A DNA stretch of 64,000 bases from a virus: the IMG/VR virus record IMGVR_UViG_3300035199_001057, positions 1 through 64,000 of that record, one strand, 5' to 3'. The notes under the pieces are model-generated. The model was not told where the DNA came from and did no database searches. It saw nothing but the letters and a program-made list of their open reading frames with translations. Of this stretch, positions 8,306-18,965 are shown one piece after another. The position numbers and the translations under genes were made by a program. Numbering within the stretch: position 1 is the stretch's first letter; each line of letters begins with the position of its first letter.

Positions 8306-9490
8306 CTATATGTCTAATTTTAACTTAAATGTGAAATCTCGTAAAGCAGTTTTTTTGATGGGGGTGGCTAGATTGGCCACTGCGATGAGATTTTTATTCT
8401 TATCGTAAATTCCTATTTTGTTTATAAACGTTTGATGCTTAAAGTCCGCCTCAAATCGGTAAAACGAACTGCTCACAGTATTGAATATTTCAATATTTTC
8501 AGATTCTTTATAGTGATAGGTGCCAGTTTGAGGCTGGTTTGTCGCAGCATCGTATGAAACTTTATCCAGGAGTGTTTGGTTGGCAGAAAAATTGAGTTCG
8601 GATCGGGGCGCCGTTGCGAACATGGTTAGAGTTTCAATGGGGTTCGTCCCTTCAAATTTAAATCTAAAGCTAGCTGAAGGGGTGATATCCGACGACCCAT
8701 CATTCGCGCCCAAAGCAAAGTCAATCCAGCGGAATGGACCGCTGTCTGTGTCGCGAGCAAAGGATTTCACCGTTAGGCCCCAGCTTCCAGTAAGAACAAC
8801 CACCCCCTCGTTATACAAAACAACTCCTGCAACCGAGCCGCTTCCATTCGTCTGCGCGATAGCACTCCCTGATACCTGTATTAACTCGCCGTTGCGGTAC
8901 AGGTCTTGAGCCTCCGCCGCGAGGGTACCAGAAATATAAAGTTGAAGAGTGGCGGTACCAGGATATATCTTGCTTCCGTAAAAAATGGAAGGGACATACA
9001 AAAGCGATAACTCCTGCACCGCTTTGTTGCCCAACGAAGATGAATAAGCGTAGTGGTTGGAGAGGGGTTGATAATAGTTGAGCGCTGTGCGCAAGGCGGA
9101 GACGTGGGATCCTGTTGGAAAGAGGGTTCCGTGATTGGCTACAAAGTGCTCTCTGGACAAAGACGCCGACATTGGATAAGACCCCGTGATGGAATCCCCG
9201 TATTCGAAGCTACTAAAGTAGTCCTTAAGGGAAACGTTCCCGATCGCTTCAAAGCTGCCATCTTTGGTAACGAAGGGGTAGGCTAAAGAGTCAGAAGGTC
9301 TGTCGACATTTATCTCATATAAACTTAGATTGCCCACCGGGACGCAACCCACGTTGCCCACGAAGGCGCCTGAAATTGCGTTCCTATTGTTAAGGTATAT
9401 ATTGCCGGCGTTAACGTCAAATTGAACTTCGGGGTGAGTCTCTAACGTATTGTGGAGAATCTCGTTCTCTTTAAACTTGTAGTAAGGCAT
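8306..9490 (-). CDS. Virion structural protein (baseplate/tail-fibre anchor-like), paralog of 9526..10569
   Basis: C-terminal IGIYDxNxNLIAVANLATPIKK..FKLKLDI; located in the tail module. Confidence 0.6.
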   Translation of the reverse strand: MPYYKFKENEILHNTLETHPEVQFDVNAGNIYLNNRNAISGAFVGNVGCVPVGNLSLYEINVDRPSDSLAYPFVTKDGSFEAIGNVSLKDYFSSFEYGDSITGSYPMSASLSREHFVANHGTLFPTGSHVSALRTALNYYQPLSNHYAYSSSLGNKAVQELSLLYVPSIFYGSKIYPGTATLQLYISGTLAAEAQDLYRNGELIQVSGSAIAQTNGSGSVAGVVLYNEGVVVLTGSWGLTVKSFARDTDSGPFRWIDFALGANDGSSDITPSASFRFKFEGTNPIETLTMFATAPRSELNFSANQTLLDKVSYDAATNQPQTGTYHYKESENIEIFNTVSSSFYRFEADFKHQTFINKIGIYDKNKNLIAVANLATPIKKTALRDFTFKLKLDI

Positions 9491-9525
9491 CGATATTTCT
9501 CTAAGTTGTTACGATTACTAAACAT

Positions 9526-10569
9526 TTAGTAATCAAGGCGCACACGTAGAGTAATCTCATTTGATGGCGACTTTTTCAAAGGTTCGGAAAGCTTTGCAAC
9601 CGCCAGCAATTCATTATCAGGAGAGTACAGGCCAACTGACGTGATATACGCCACTGGGTCAGCTGCCGGGTTGTTGCCCTTCACAATAATTTGAGATGCG
9701 GACAAATACGTGGTATTCGCAGAGTAGTTATATTCGGTGTTATGGGCTCTCGCAAAATAGATGGTAGAGTTAAGCTCAGTGGTATTGTTGAATTGCGCGG
9801 TGTCATACGTGAACCTCAAACCATCGGAAAGTTGATTGATTGTTGCGCCGGTAAGCATTTGATTGATACTAGCGGTCATGGTGCTGTCGTTGTCTTGGGC
9901 ACCGAAATAGCCTTTCCAGACGGAGGCTGTCAACACCACGATGCCAGCTTGATAATAAATGTGGCCAATGGACGCGGTTGCTGGCGCGTTTGAAGACGAG
10001 AACAACAGTCCGTATTCACCGGCTGGGCTGTTTGTCCTATAGGTGGTTTGCGCATTATAATCGCCAATCGTAATGGGATTCTTTGTTGCCAGGCCGTAGC
10101 CCGATGACCCAGTATATACTGTCAGCCTAAAGGAATCTTTCTTAATCTCATCCTTGTTTAGAAGTCTGGCAAATGAGATAAAGACGCATTCGCGCATATC
10201 ATCTGTCAAATCATTATCATCAGCGCCATCCCTATCGAAACTCTTTATATTGCCACTCGTATCGGTGTTGTTGAGTACCAAGGCCATCTGATTGTAAATG
10301 TTAATTTTCTTTGTGTTCTGGGTGTTTGCGGAAGAGGATAGCGCCGAGCCTGAAGCGTAGCCCCAGGTTATGTCAAAAATGTGATTGGCGGAAGAACTCA
10401 AGTATGGATAATCATAAACCGACTGAAACATGCCGTGGGCGTATTCTTTAATGTTGTTCTCAGCGTAGGTACCCGAAACAATTGTTCCAGTGATTGGGAT
10501 TGCCTCGTGTAAAAGCGTGCGAGTGTTCGCCACGTCTTCGGGCAAAAAAGTCTTGAATGAGTTAGCCAT
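9526..10569 (-). CDS. Virion structural protein (baseplate/tail-fibre anchor-like), paralog of 8306..9490
   Basis: C-terminal VGLYSPDNELLAVAKLSEPLKK..RVRLDY; AGGAG SD. Confidence 0.6.
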   Translation of the reverse strand: MANSFKTFLPEDVANTRTLLHEAIPITGTIVSGTYAENNIKEYAHGMFQSVYDYPYLSSSANHIFDITWGYASGSALSSSANTQNTKKINIYNQMALVLNNTDTSGNIKSFDRDGADDNDLTDDMRECVFISFARLLNKDEIKKDSFRLTVYTGSSGYGLATKNPITIGDYNAQTTYRTNSPAGEYGLLFSSSNAPATASIGHIYYQAGIVVLTASVWKGYFGAQDNDSTMTASINQMLTGATINQLSDGLRFTYDTAQFNNTTELNSTIYFARAHNTEYNYSANTTYLSASQIIVKGNNPAADPVAYITSVGLYSPDNELLAVAKLSEPLKKSPSNEITLRVRLDY

Positions 10570-10591
10570 TATGTTCTCCTAAGTGTAGCTG

Positions 10592-11593
10592 CTAGCTAGT
10601 TTTCTTCACAAACGTGACCGGAATATCAATTCTATATCCCGTTGTTACACCAGTTACTCTGACCGTGGTGCTAATAACCTTATATGTCCCCGTGAGAAGC
10701 GTTGGGTTTGTCTTTGTTTCTCCGATGGTGTCAAATAAATAATCAGATTGGCGCAAGTTATCTTTAGCATAAAGCGAAAATGCCAATTTGGTGCCGCGGG
10801 GGCCTGGAATTATTTCTTCGCTCGGTGGCTGTTGCTTGTTATCCGAAGAGTCTTTGGCGCCGGTGTCGCCCAGTGCGCCTGCTGCGCAGCGCTCAATAAA
10901 GCCTCCAACATTTTCAGTTAAATAGTAGGTGGCGATCTGATCGTCGTCAATAAAAGCCGGGCTTGCGAGTCCTGATGTTGTCCCTCCGCCGAATATTCCA
11001 ATATTCACGAGTTGGCCTAAGCGGTTGTCGATCTCGACCATGTATTGTTGTTCTGTCAATTCCGGACTCAAGGGAGCCTGTGCGGTTAACTTCGTTGTGT
11101 TAAGCCCTTGATCGACGCGAATGTAGGAACTAATCTCAGCGGCGGCTTGTGTGGGCAGTTGGCCAAGCATACATCGATATGCGGCCGCGTCGGCCACCGA
11201 TCCTAAGTCTGTCGCCGTTGTTTGATCTACAGCTACGTAAAAAGAACCGCTACCTAGTGCGCCTTCTGTGGGGCGCGCATGCTGGTATTGATCGTTCAAA
11301 ACAATCACGGGTAAAAAGAGTAAGTTGTTGTTGGTCAAGCTGATAAGTTTGCTCTTTAAAGAGGAGCGATTATTAGTGAAGGCTTCCAAGATAGGGGTCT
11401 GGAGGATTTCCAAGTCATAGTAGGCGGATCCGCTCAGCGCGTCGGGATTGTATTTTCCGTAGTCAATCTCGTCGTCCCCAAAGGCATATTTTGTTACCTT
11501 AAATGTGCCGTCTCCTCGGGCCAGTCTTTTACGTCCAGCGTCGGTTAATACGGCGTCTAATATAATATCGCCAGAATTATCTAAAAACCCCAT
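10592..11593 (-). CDS. Virion structural protein with a tail-fibre-N-terminus-like start
   Basis: MGFLDNSGDIILDAVLTDAGRKRLA..KVTKYAFGDDEIDY; AAGGAG SD; late motif upstream. Confidence 0.6.
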   Translation of the reverse strand: MGFLDNSGDIILDAVLTDAGRKRLARGDGTFKVTKYAFGDDEIDYGKYNPDALSGSAYYDLEILQTPILEAFTNNRSSLKSKLISLTNNNLLFLPVIVLNDQYQHARPTEGALGSGSFYVAVDQTTATDLGSVADAAAYRCMLGQLPTQAAAEISSYIRVDQGLNTTKLTAQAPLSPELTEQQYMVEIDNRLGQLVNIGIFGGGTTSGLASPAFIDDDQIATYYLTENVGGFIERCAAGALGDTGAKDSSDNKQQPPSEEIIPGPRGTKLAFSLYAKDNLRQSDYLFDTIGETKTNPTLLTGTYKVISTTVRVTGVTTGYRIDIPVTFVKKTS

Positions 11594-11611
11594 AATTGTG
11601 CTCCTTTTTAT

Positions 11612-11619
11612 TAATTAGT
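11612..11619 (-). promoter_or_regulatory. Putative phage late promoter ACTAATTA
   Basis: Intergenic, just upstream of the SD of 10592..11593. Confidence 0.6.
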
Positions 11620-11666
11620 CCCTTTTAAAGTATATTGATCCATTATACACACATTCCATGCTATTT

Positions 11667-14600
11667 TTAATCTAAACATAACTCATCAGAACTGTTGCCG
11701 AAATTGGGATTATTCGGCGCTTCGTCGGCGCAAGTTTGCGATGACGCTTCCCCGGGATGTTCACCGGGAGACTGGGCGTTAAATTTGTTAATTATCTTGT
11801 TAGCCATGTCTACATTAATGTCTATCTTTTTGCCTGTCTTTTTGGAAGTTACTCTGAACTTATATTTCTTGACCGGTCCGCCGTCTCGTCGCATATAAAG
11901 AACTTGGGCCGTATCGGCATTGTCCCCGACAATGCTCCGCAACGCATCACTAAGAGAGATTTTAAGATACTTTTTGAAAGGAATACTGGTTACCAGATCG
12001 CGCCTGGGAAATGAGTAGGGTTTCAAGACCATGTATGGCGGGAAGGATTCTTCTTTCACGATTCTTAGCTTAAAGATGCTCGTAGGGTTGGAAATGTTCC
12101 CATGGATATCGACAAAACGCGCAAAATAATAGTAATCGACGTTCGGTATCACCGAATCATTAAAGCCGCTTTGACGCGTCGAATCCAATGCGATCTTCTT
12201 CACTGTTGCCTCGTCGCGGAAGTCGGACCATTTTTCGGGTTTTCGGTGTGACCGATAAATCTCATACGTGCCTAGATCATTTTCAGTACGATAAAGAATA
12301 TGGCCCGGGGGGTTGTTGAGCGGCGCCTGGGCTATCTTATAATCGGCAACCTTGAGAATATCCTCAACAAAAATCTTGTCATTCGGCACCATAAGTCTTT
12401 CGCCGTAATTTTTATTTAACAATATCAATACTTTATTCGAAGACCCTTCATAAGGGTGAAAAGATACTTCTGGTGGAAGCGGCGGTTTATCAACAACTTT
12501 GGTTATCTCTTGCCCTTCGTAGGGCGTAGCTAACGAAAGAGTGTTGTGATATGGCGCACGAACAATTATTCCGTAAGGAATGAGATGGGTATCAAGTGGA
12601 TGGGGCAAGTCAAATTCGATGTATTTATTTAGCACGGTGTCGCTCTTACTTTCTGGGCTGGAGATCATCGAATTCGGGGGCATTCCGTAAGCGTGGGGGG
12701 CTTCTGAATGTCCGTATTTGTACGTGGCTCCCACAACCAAAGTGTGCGCAAATATTTCATATACATAATCGTGCCCATAAAAGACTTGAGTGTCCAAATA
12801 GGAAAGGGGGCTGTCTTGAGGGAAAGCGTTGGGAATGAAAATGCTTTGGACGGGGGTTCGATCACCTAGATCACCACGAAGCTTGCCGCTCTTTTTGTAT
12901 TTTGCGATCTCGTAGGCAATAACCTCAGTGTGACAACCTTCGCCCGCGTATATCTCCGGCATTGTAAGGGCTCTATCGCTCAAATACTTATTAAGCGGTG
13001 TTTTAAGGTTCTGTATTCCGAGATAATAGAGCGCCTTGCCCATCGATGGGCTAGCATTGATGGCTTCTGAGAGGTTTACATTCCTTTTATCGTCAATGTA
13101 CTGCCCAAAATGTTGGTAAAACTCGTCGACTGTATTTATATTAAGCATTTGACTTACATCAAAAAATTGAAGATCCAGCAACGAAAACTGAGAGTTAAAA
13201 GCGGCCGTGCTGGATGCGGCGCCTTGGTTCTCCAAAGGGAGGTCTGCCTCGAACTCCCGATGCATCACAAAGCGATGGGCGTTGGAATTTGCGATGGCGA
13301 TGTTGTTGGACTGGTTCGCTAACATGGTGGTGAACATATTAAAGTAAGTCTCGCCCTGTTCCTTAAGAACATTCAAAAATTGGGACGGTTGCGAATATCC
13401 TAAATCTATTTCCACGCCATATGGGAAAACCTTTTTGAGGGTTTTTGTAGACGCCATTAAATTCTCATCGTTTAGAATTATAGTTCTAAACCTCTCGGGT
13501 GTTGAAAATTCCGGGTTGTTCATGGGCACCGGTGATGTAGAGCCATAAGGCGCAAGGAGAGTACCTAAATTGGCCTGAATCTCCGATGGACTTACAGACT
13601 CGCTATTCTTAATAATATCAAAGTATTGCGACACAGTTACTTTGCTTTTTTCAAGATCGACCTCTTGACCAAGGGTAAACAAATCGCGAAAATAATTGCC
13701 GCTAAAGCTTTTATAGCCATTGTAGATATAAGGGCTTGGGAGTTGCCATTCTGAACTTACATTTTCTGGCATCTCCTCGTGGTCTTCGCGGTAACAATTA
13801 TAATAGGGCGCCACATTTACATAGCCGGTCATGACGTGCTCGTTTAATAAACCTTTAGGCTGTGCGGCGTCAAGGGTTGTCACAAAATAAGGATGATAAG
13901 GCCGTCGTTGTCCAAAGTCCGCTTTGCTGACCGAATATGTGAAAAACATTAGCTGGAGTACGGCCCACACCAACTCCATCTTTGTGGGGTCTTTCTCCTG
14001 GCCGGGTGCGGCGCCAAAAAGTGCGGCATGGAGCCATCCTTGCATTTCCTCGGAATGTGCTCCTAGATCAACAGATAAAAGCTTTAAAGAATCAAAAGGG
14101 AGTACGTCGAACGTGTCGAAGGTATCAACTTTCCAAGCTTCGAACGCCCCCGCTGTTAATCTATTGACGCTTATCTTGTTCATTTTTTTGAACTCGGCCA
14201 TCAGATTCTTCACGACTTCGACGCGTGAGTTGTAAGCGGTCATATCAAAATGATCAACACCAAGAACGGTTTCTCCGGATTTTGTTTGAAAAGTAGAAGT
14301 CTTAGGCGAAAGCGCGAAGTAATTTTCAAAGGAGAAGTTCATGCCCAACGCTTCAAAATTTGAATTAATTGTTTCAGCAAGTTTGGTCAAATCAGTACAA
14401 AAATCAGGACCTGGGGTTCGTCCAATAAGGAGCTTTCTATACGTTTCTACGTTGTTGACCGCGGCGGGAGGAGCCATCAAATGCCACTTGCCGCTGCCGG
14501 CCGTGGTGGCGGCAAACCTTCTGCCTGTGAGAAAGCGAAAAAGATCGGGCAGGAATTTATAAGAATAGCGCTGGGTGCTCCAAAATTTGCGATGAAACGC

Positions 14601-14753
14601 GTGTTTCATTCCAGTGTTTACGAAGGCGGTCTCGTTAATGATGTTTGTTCTAATCGACTTTTCTCCAAGGCCTTCGAGTCTCACATCGTTGGTGGGGGTT
14701 GTCGAAAGGTCGATTTTATCAAATCCATCAATAAGAGTGTATTTTTTTACCAT
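11667..14753 (-). CDS. Large probable virion protein with FnIII/Ig-like segments
   Basis: 1028 aa; YLDTQVFYGHDYVYEIFA and FNDSVIPNVDYYYFARFVDIHGNIS resemble FnIII D..V....Y.Y strands. Confidence 0.5.
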   Translation of the reverse strand: MVKKYTLIDGFDKIDLSTTPTNDVRLEGLGEKSIRTNIINETAFVNTGMKHAFHRKFWSTQRYSYKFLPDLFRFLTGRRFAATTAGSGKWHLMAPPAAVNNVETYRKLLIGRTPGPDFCTDLTKLAETINSNFEALGMNFSFENYFALSPKTSTFQTKSGETVLGVDHFDMTAYNSRVEVVKNLMAEFKKMNKISVNRLTAGAFEAWKVDTFDTFDVLPFDSLKLLSVDLGAHSEEMQGWLHAALFGAAPGQEKDPTKMELVWAVLQLMFFTYSVSKADFGQRRPYHPYFVTTLDAAQPKGLLNEHVMTGYVNVAPYYNCYREDHEEMPENVSSEWQLPSPYIYNGYKSFSGNYFRDLFTLGQEVDLEKSKVTVSQYFDIIKNSESVSPSEIQANLGTLLAPYGSTSPVPMNNPEFSTPERFRTIILNDENLMASTKTLKKVFPYGVEIDLGYSQPSQFLNVLKEQGETYFNMFTTMLANQSNNIAIANSNAHRFVMHREFEADLPLENQGAASSTAAFNSQFSLLDLQFFDVSQMLNINTVDEFYQHFGQYIDDKRNVNLSEAINASPSMGKALYYLGIQNLKTPLNKYLSDRALTMPEIYAGEGCHTEVIAYEIAKYKKSGKLRGDLGDRTPVQSIFIPNAFPQDSPLSYLDTQVFYGHDYVYEIFAHTLVVGATYKYGHSEAPHAYGMPPNSMISSPESKSDTVLNKYIEFDLPHPLDTHLIPYGIIVRAPYHNTLSLATPYEGQEITKVVDKPPLPPEVSFHPYEGSSNKVLILLNKNYGERLMVPNDKIFVEDILKVADYKIAQAPLNNPPGHILYRTENDLGTYEIYRSHRKPEKWSDFRDEATVKKIALDSTRQSGFNDSVIPNVDYYYFARFVDIHGNISNPTSIFKLRIVKEESFPPYMVLKPYSFPRRDLVTSIPFKKYLKISLSDALRSIVGDNADTAQVLYMRRDGGPVKKYKFRVTSKKTGKKIDINVDMANKIINKFNAQSPGEHPGEASSQTCADEAPNNPNFGNSSDELCLD

Positions 14754-14761
14754 TAGTTACC

Positions 14762-15166
14762 TTAATATCCCATAGGTTTGCCCGTTGGCTTTTTAGGAGC
14801 GCTCACGGGAGACAGGGCGGTGCCTGGTGTGGGCGTTGTTCCCGCCGTGCTGGTGCTTGTTGGCGTGCCTTTGGGCCCCCCAGTGGCATCAGCTGGGACG
14901 TCCGCATCGGAACCGGGGAAATAAGGTGCCTCGGCCGAAATCACATCCCCGGGTAGCCCGCCAACAACGGGTACTTCGTCCGGCGAGAAAGGCGCGGTCT
15001 CAAAAAGATTGGGATCCATGATAGGCGCGGTGCCAACAACAACGCCGGGCTTGTCTGGCATGCCGACAAGAGTCTTAATCTCCGCCGGGTTCGCCGGGAT
15101 CATTGCCTTGGTATAGCCCTGAAGAACAAGGTACACGTTAGTATAATAGTCTGTCATATATGCCAT
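14762..15166 (-). CDS. Pro/Thr/Gly-rich small protein, probably structural
   Basis: Low-complexity C-terminus; AAGGG SD-like site and late motif upstream. Confidence 0.55.
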   Translation of the reverse strand: MAYMTDYYTNVYLVLQGYTKAMIPANPAEIKTLVGMPDKPGVVVGTAPIMDPNLFETAPFSPDEVPVVGGLPGDVISAEAPYFPGSDADVPADATGGPKGTPTSTSTAGTTPTPGTALSPVSAPKKPTGKPMGY

Positions 15167-15181
15167 TTTGCATTCCCTTTA

Positions 15182-15189
15182 TAAATAGT
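15182..15189 (-). promoter_or_regulatory. Putative phage late promoter ACTATTTA
   Basis: Intergenic, 15 nt before the ATG at 15166. Confidence 0.6.
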
Positions 15190-15203
15190 AACTACCGAAT
15201 CTT

Positions 15204-18200
15204 TCAGGGCCTTTTACTAGTGTCCCCGCCTCCGCGCGGATCAAAATTACGGCCTCCGCGAGCGTGATCTTTGTCAACATCATAAGCTGGTAGAAACCAC
15301 GCGGGCTCATCGGCTATTTTAGTATTTCCAATGGCGCCGGCGAGGGCCGGACTTGGCGAAAACTTCGGGGCCGTTTCTATGCCACTACTAGGCAAAGATG
15401 TGTCTATGGTTGCCGTAATACCTACGGGGGGTGGTGCTGGGACTGCTCCCGGCGCCGTTTTCATTATGTAAAAAGTTTCATTATAATTGCTATAGCCGCC
15501 AAACAAATCAGTAAACTTTTTGTCGATGAGCCGATTGTCCCGGCAAAGCTCTATTTTACAATAAAGCATTTGCCCCACACCTAGAGAGTTAAGCTTCGCG
15601 CGACTTAAGGGCGCCCAGAGCTTGGATTTGATTTGTGTATTATAGTGGAAGGCGCTGGGCGTTTTTTCCGATCCGCCGCCGGTGGCTGCTTCGAATCCTT
15701 GTAAATAGCGTACACGACCGAATAGGGACATGTAAGCAATGTAAGCTTGATAATTGTCCAATCTCAAGTTCCCTTTGGAATCATACAATTGGTCGTAAAA
15801 TAAGGTGGACAGTTTCTCTTTACCCAAGAGGCCACTTGCGACCAAGGCGAGTAGGTTAAGGGGAGCGGGCATCTCCAGGTTGGTGGAAATAGCAGTAAAA
15901 TCTTCATCCGGAAAGTTGGGAGATATAGCGCCAAAATAGGCTGGGCTACTTTTTACATCAAATAAATCCATATCGCGATAAGTTTGCAAATTATCAGAAA
16001 AGATCATAGAGAGAAGGCTTTTGGCCACCTTTAGGGGATATTTTTCGTAGGGCCCTCCTTGCCATTCATATTGAGGGTTGTAAACAGACCCAAAGGGGTC
16101 TTGGGTGAATACGTTACTGGGGTCCGTTCCGAAAGACGAGTTGAACCCTCCGCCGGCTGGCGTAACCGGTATGAACTTTTGGCCAAAATTATCATCGAAG
16201 GCCTCGCTGTCCCACCAACTCCAATGCTTTGGGCCGTACGCTGATTTGTCTCCCCAGAATAGATTGTCCACCACTGTGCCGCGCAAGGGGTCATTTCCCA
16301 ACTCCATGCGTCGCTCTATATCGGCGGCGGTACCCAATTCAAATTTCACTCCATAGAAAGAAAGTACTTCGGGTATAGATATGTTTTGATTTTTATCCGT
16401 GTGGCGAGTTAGCACACGTTTACGCATGCTTTGGTAGCTTTTTTTAATAAAATCGTCGAGAGCTGTGGCGTTAAGTTCGCTCTTGACATTAGCCAGGTCC
16501 AGGCTTAAGATTCCCAAATAAGGCATATAAGAGTCACCGCCGGTTGGCTTTGCCGAACCAGGCTTTAAGAGGGCCGTAACATTTTGTGAAAGTGCTTGTT
16601 GGTAGTTTGCGGCCGCCACTGTCTTTAAGTTTCGATTTGGCGCTGCTTGGGGGAAGTTCTTGCCGTCTAGCCAGTCAAAATGATTTCTCATGTCATAGAG
16701 GTTGAGAGTCTTTTGGAAAGCTTTATGAAAATGGATAACCGCAGCATTCTCGCCGGTTGTACCCTTGGCCGCGGCAAAATTGCCCTGGCCCTTTAAATAA
16801 TCCGTGTAGCTAAAATTACTTTTTTTCGTAACGTGGGAAAGACCGAAGAGGCTAAGCAGCTTCACTAATTTATCCTCTACTCCGCGTAAAAGAGCGGTCA
16901 CCCTGAGAAGAGAAGATGGCGTCGCTGTGTCGAGCCTTGTTGACGATCGTATAAAGCTCGCCACATTCGATATGGTCGAATGGGGTACGTTATAAGAAGA
17001 AAGCGGTTCGGGATTGCCACTGCCGTCAAAATTCAACATTGTTAGCAACGTAGCCAGACTTTCTGGGCCATTGGGATCTCCCCCGAGTAAAGCGTCGCCC
17101 GATAGATTGCTGCCCTGTAATTTAAAACCGCTCACTAAACTTGCCGGCATGTTGTCGATCAAGTTAAACGTAAAAAATGAGGGGTCATTATTTGCTTTGG
17201 CAAGAAAGGCCGCATCGAATTTATCCGTGTATCTATTATACGCGTCCACCATTTTATTGGTGGCGTAGGTGGTGGTGTGCGCGCCATAAATCGAAGCGAA
17301 GGAAGAGTGAGCCTTAAGGGGGGAATTGCTTACCACTTTAAGAGATCCTTTATGTATTACCTCATCCAGGTCCAGCAGGATTTTTTTCAACGCCTGTAGT
17401 CTGCTTACCAAATATGGGATAAAAGGGTCTATAAATTTAAACTCGATCTCGTACGCATACTCATTGTAGTCATAGTCAAGAGTGTTCACTTCACCATCTC
17501 GAAACTCATAATAATCAACAAAGGGGCTGCTGCTCTCGACCTGGAGTCCGACTAACTTGCGAAATACATGTCCCTTGCCTATGGGATTGCCATACCCATC
17601 GGTTTTCCCACTATCATCCCCATAGTTGGCGTTAGTTGACCCCAGGAGCAGAACCTTTTCCCCCGTTGCAACGTTGCGCCTGTATATGTTAAAGTTATAA
17701 GGCGCTACCTGTGCCACAAAGGGGAAGATGGCATTAGAATCTAAAGCGCCGAACAGCTCCAATAGCGGTGCGAATGTGGATTGAGTTTTGAGAAGTTCCA
17801 AGCGATCTAGGGCAAACCACAAATTGACGCGGCCGCGTTGGCGGCCATGAATTCCCTTTGTCTTTATTAGAGAGTAGTCAACCTCCGAGACAATCCCGGG
17901 ATTATCATTATAGGAATCAACTGCTTTTTTCTTATCCTCCCCTAAAAAAGTAGTCTCCGTAGCTTGAGTCAAGAAAGCTTGAAAATTTTGAGAATCGTAA
18001 ACAAACATATTCTCCAGTTTGCCAATGATGCGGTTGTCGACAATCTTGTCATTGCTTTTGTATTCAATGTTTAAATAAGGGTGAGGATCATTTCCATGCG
18101 AGGCGCCTCCCATATAGCGGTATACGCCGTTAACCTTGTGACGGTGGACTGGGCCACACCAAATTTCGCTCGGCTTGCCATAGTTAAGCATGACGAATTC

Positions 18201-18965
18201 ACTATCGGTGCTCGGCACTATCTCGTCAATTGGAAGACCTGTCAATGGATTTTTTTCAAACTTCGAAGTGACAAGTTCATTTTGGTTAATAGGATATTCG
18301 TTCCCTTTGACAGAATATGTATCCCCAATTGTAAAATATGTCGTTTGAACGGGGATGGTGTCGCCGCTAAAAATAATCTCTCCGGTGAAGGCGCTATTGT
18401 CTGCGCTTGGCATTGGCCCCGTCACACCCGCGGTTGGCATAAGACAAAAAACGCAAGCCAAAAAAGATGGGGGACTTTCAACTATAGAATATTTATATAA
18501 ATGTTGAACCTTGATGGGGACACTTATTATAGGAGCGTCTAAGTCATAAGAGACATATGCGCTGAGGTCTTTGGTCAAAAGATGAGGTGCTTGATCTTGG
18601 GTGTGCAACTCCCCGGGAAGGCTCATAAAATAATCGTGCTTATCTTCCGCCAAAAGAAAATCGGCCAAGCGGGACTCCGCTGTTATAAACTTATAACGCA
18701 GAACATGGGTGTTTATAACTTTCGTTGCTTCTATAAGGGGGATGTTGGTACAATGAGCCTTTGCTGCGTCTCCGACGGGATAAAGGGATTTAAGAGCTAC
18801 ATTGAATGTAAACTTGAGAGCCTCATGTTGCAAGGGCTCCGCGGCCTGCGCAGCTTTTTCATAATAAAGATCGACGTAGCCAGGCTGTTTAACCCCATTG
18901 TTGGTGCCATTTTCAATCAAGATCTTACTGATATAAGGCTTTGGTAGATAGTCTAACCCGTTCAT
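15204..18965 (-). CDS. Large hypothetical virion protein
   Basis: About 1253 aa; start at 18965 gives a TAATG overlap with the upstream stop; His-rich motif GPVHRH..YMGGASH..PHP. Confidence 0.6.
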   Translation of the reverse strand: MNGLDYLPKPYISKILIENGTNNGVKQPGYVDLYYEKAAQAAEPLQHEALKFTFNVALKSLYPVGDAAKAHCTNIPLIEATKVINTHVLRYKFITAESRLADFLLAEDKHDYFMSLPGELHTQDQAPHLLTKDLSAYVSYDLDAPIISVPIKVQHLYKYSIVESPPSFLACVFCLMPTAGVTGPMPSADNSAFTGEIIFSGDTIPVQTTYFTIGDTYSVKGNEYPINQNELVTSKFEKNPLTGLPIDEIVPSTDSEFVMLNYGKPSEIWCGPVHRHKVNGVYRYMGGASHGNDPHPYLNIEYKSNDKIVDNRIIGKLENMFVYDSQNFQAFLTQATETTFLGEDKKKAVDSYNDNPGIVSEVDYSLIKTKGIHGRQRGRVNLWFALDRLELLKTQSTFAPLLELFGALDSNAIFPFVAQVAPYNFNIYRRNVATGEKVLLLGSTNANYGDDSGKTDGYGNPIGKGHVFRKLVGLQVESSSPFVDYYEFRDGEVNTLDYDYNEYAYEIEFKFIDPFIPYLVSRLQALKKILLDLDEVIHKGSLKVVSNSPLKAHSSFASIYGAHTTTYATNKMVDAYNRYTDKFDAAFLAKANNDPSFFTFNLIDNMPASLVSGFKLQGSNLSGDALLGGDPNGPESLATLLTMLNFDGSGNPEPLSSYNVPHSTISNVASFIRSSTRLDTATPSSLLRVTALLRGVEDKLVKLLSLFGLSHVTKKSNFSYTDYLKGQGNFAAAKGTTGENAAVIHFHKAFQKTLNLYDMRNHFDWLDGKNFPQAAPNRNLKTVAAANYQQALSQNVTALLKPGSAKPTGGDSYMPYLGILSLDLANVKSELNATALDDFIKKSYQSMRKRVLTRHTDKNQNISIPEVLSFYGVKFELGTAADIERRMELGNDPLRGTVVDNLFWGDKSAYGPKHWSWWDSEAFDDNFGQKFIPVTPAGGGFNSSFGTDPSNVFTQDPFGSVYNPQYEWQGGPYEKYPLKVAKSLLSMIFSDNLQTYRDMDLFDVKSSPAYFGAISPNFPDEDFTAISTNLEMPAPLNLLALVASGLLGKEKLSTLFYDQLYDSKGNLRLDNYQAYIAYMSLFGRVRYLQGFEAATGGGSEKTPSAFHYNTQIKSKLWAPLSRAKLNSLGVGQMLYCKIELCRDNRLIDKKFTDLFGGYSNYNETFYIMKTAPGAVPAPPPVGITATIDTSLPSSGIETAPKFSPSPALAGAIGNTKIADEPAWFLPAYDVDKDHARGGRNFDPRGGGDTSKRP

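Noticed and set aside
11642-11670. TTAAAA-N17-TATAAT promoter-like site, with similar TTAAA sites near 51672 and 60079
   Set aside because: Weak -35 in AT-rich gaps with inconsistent spacing; cannot be separated from chance by eye
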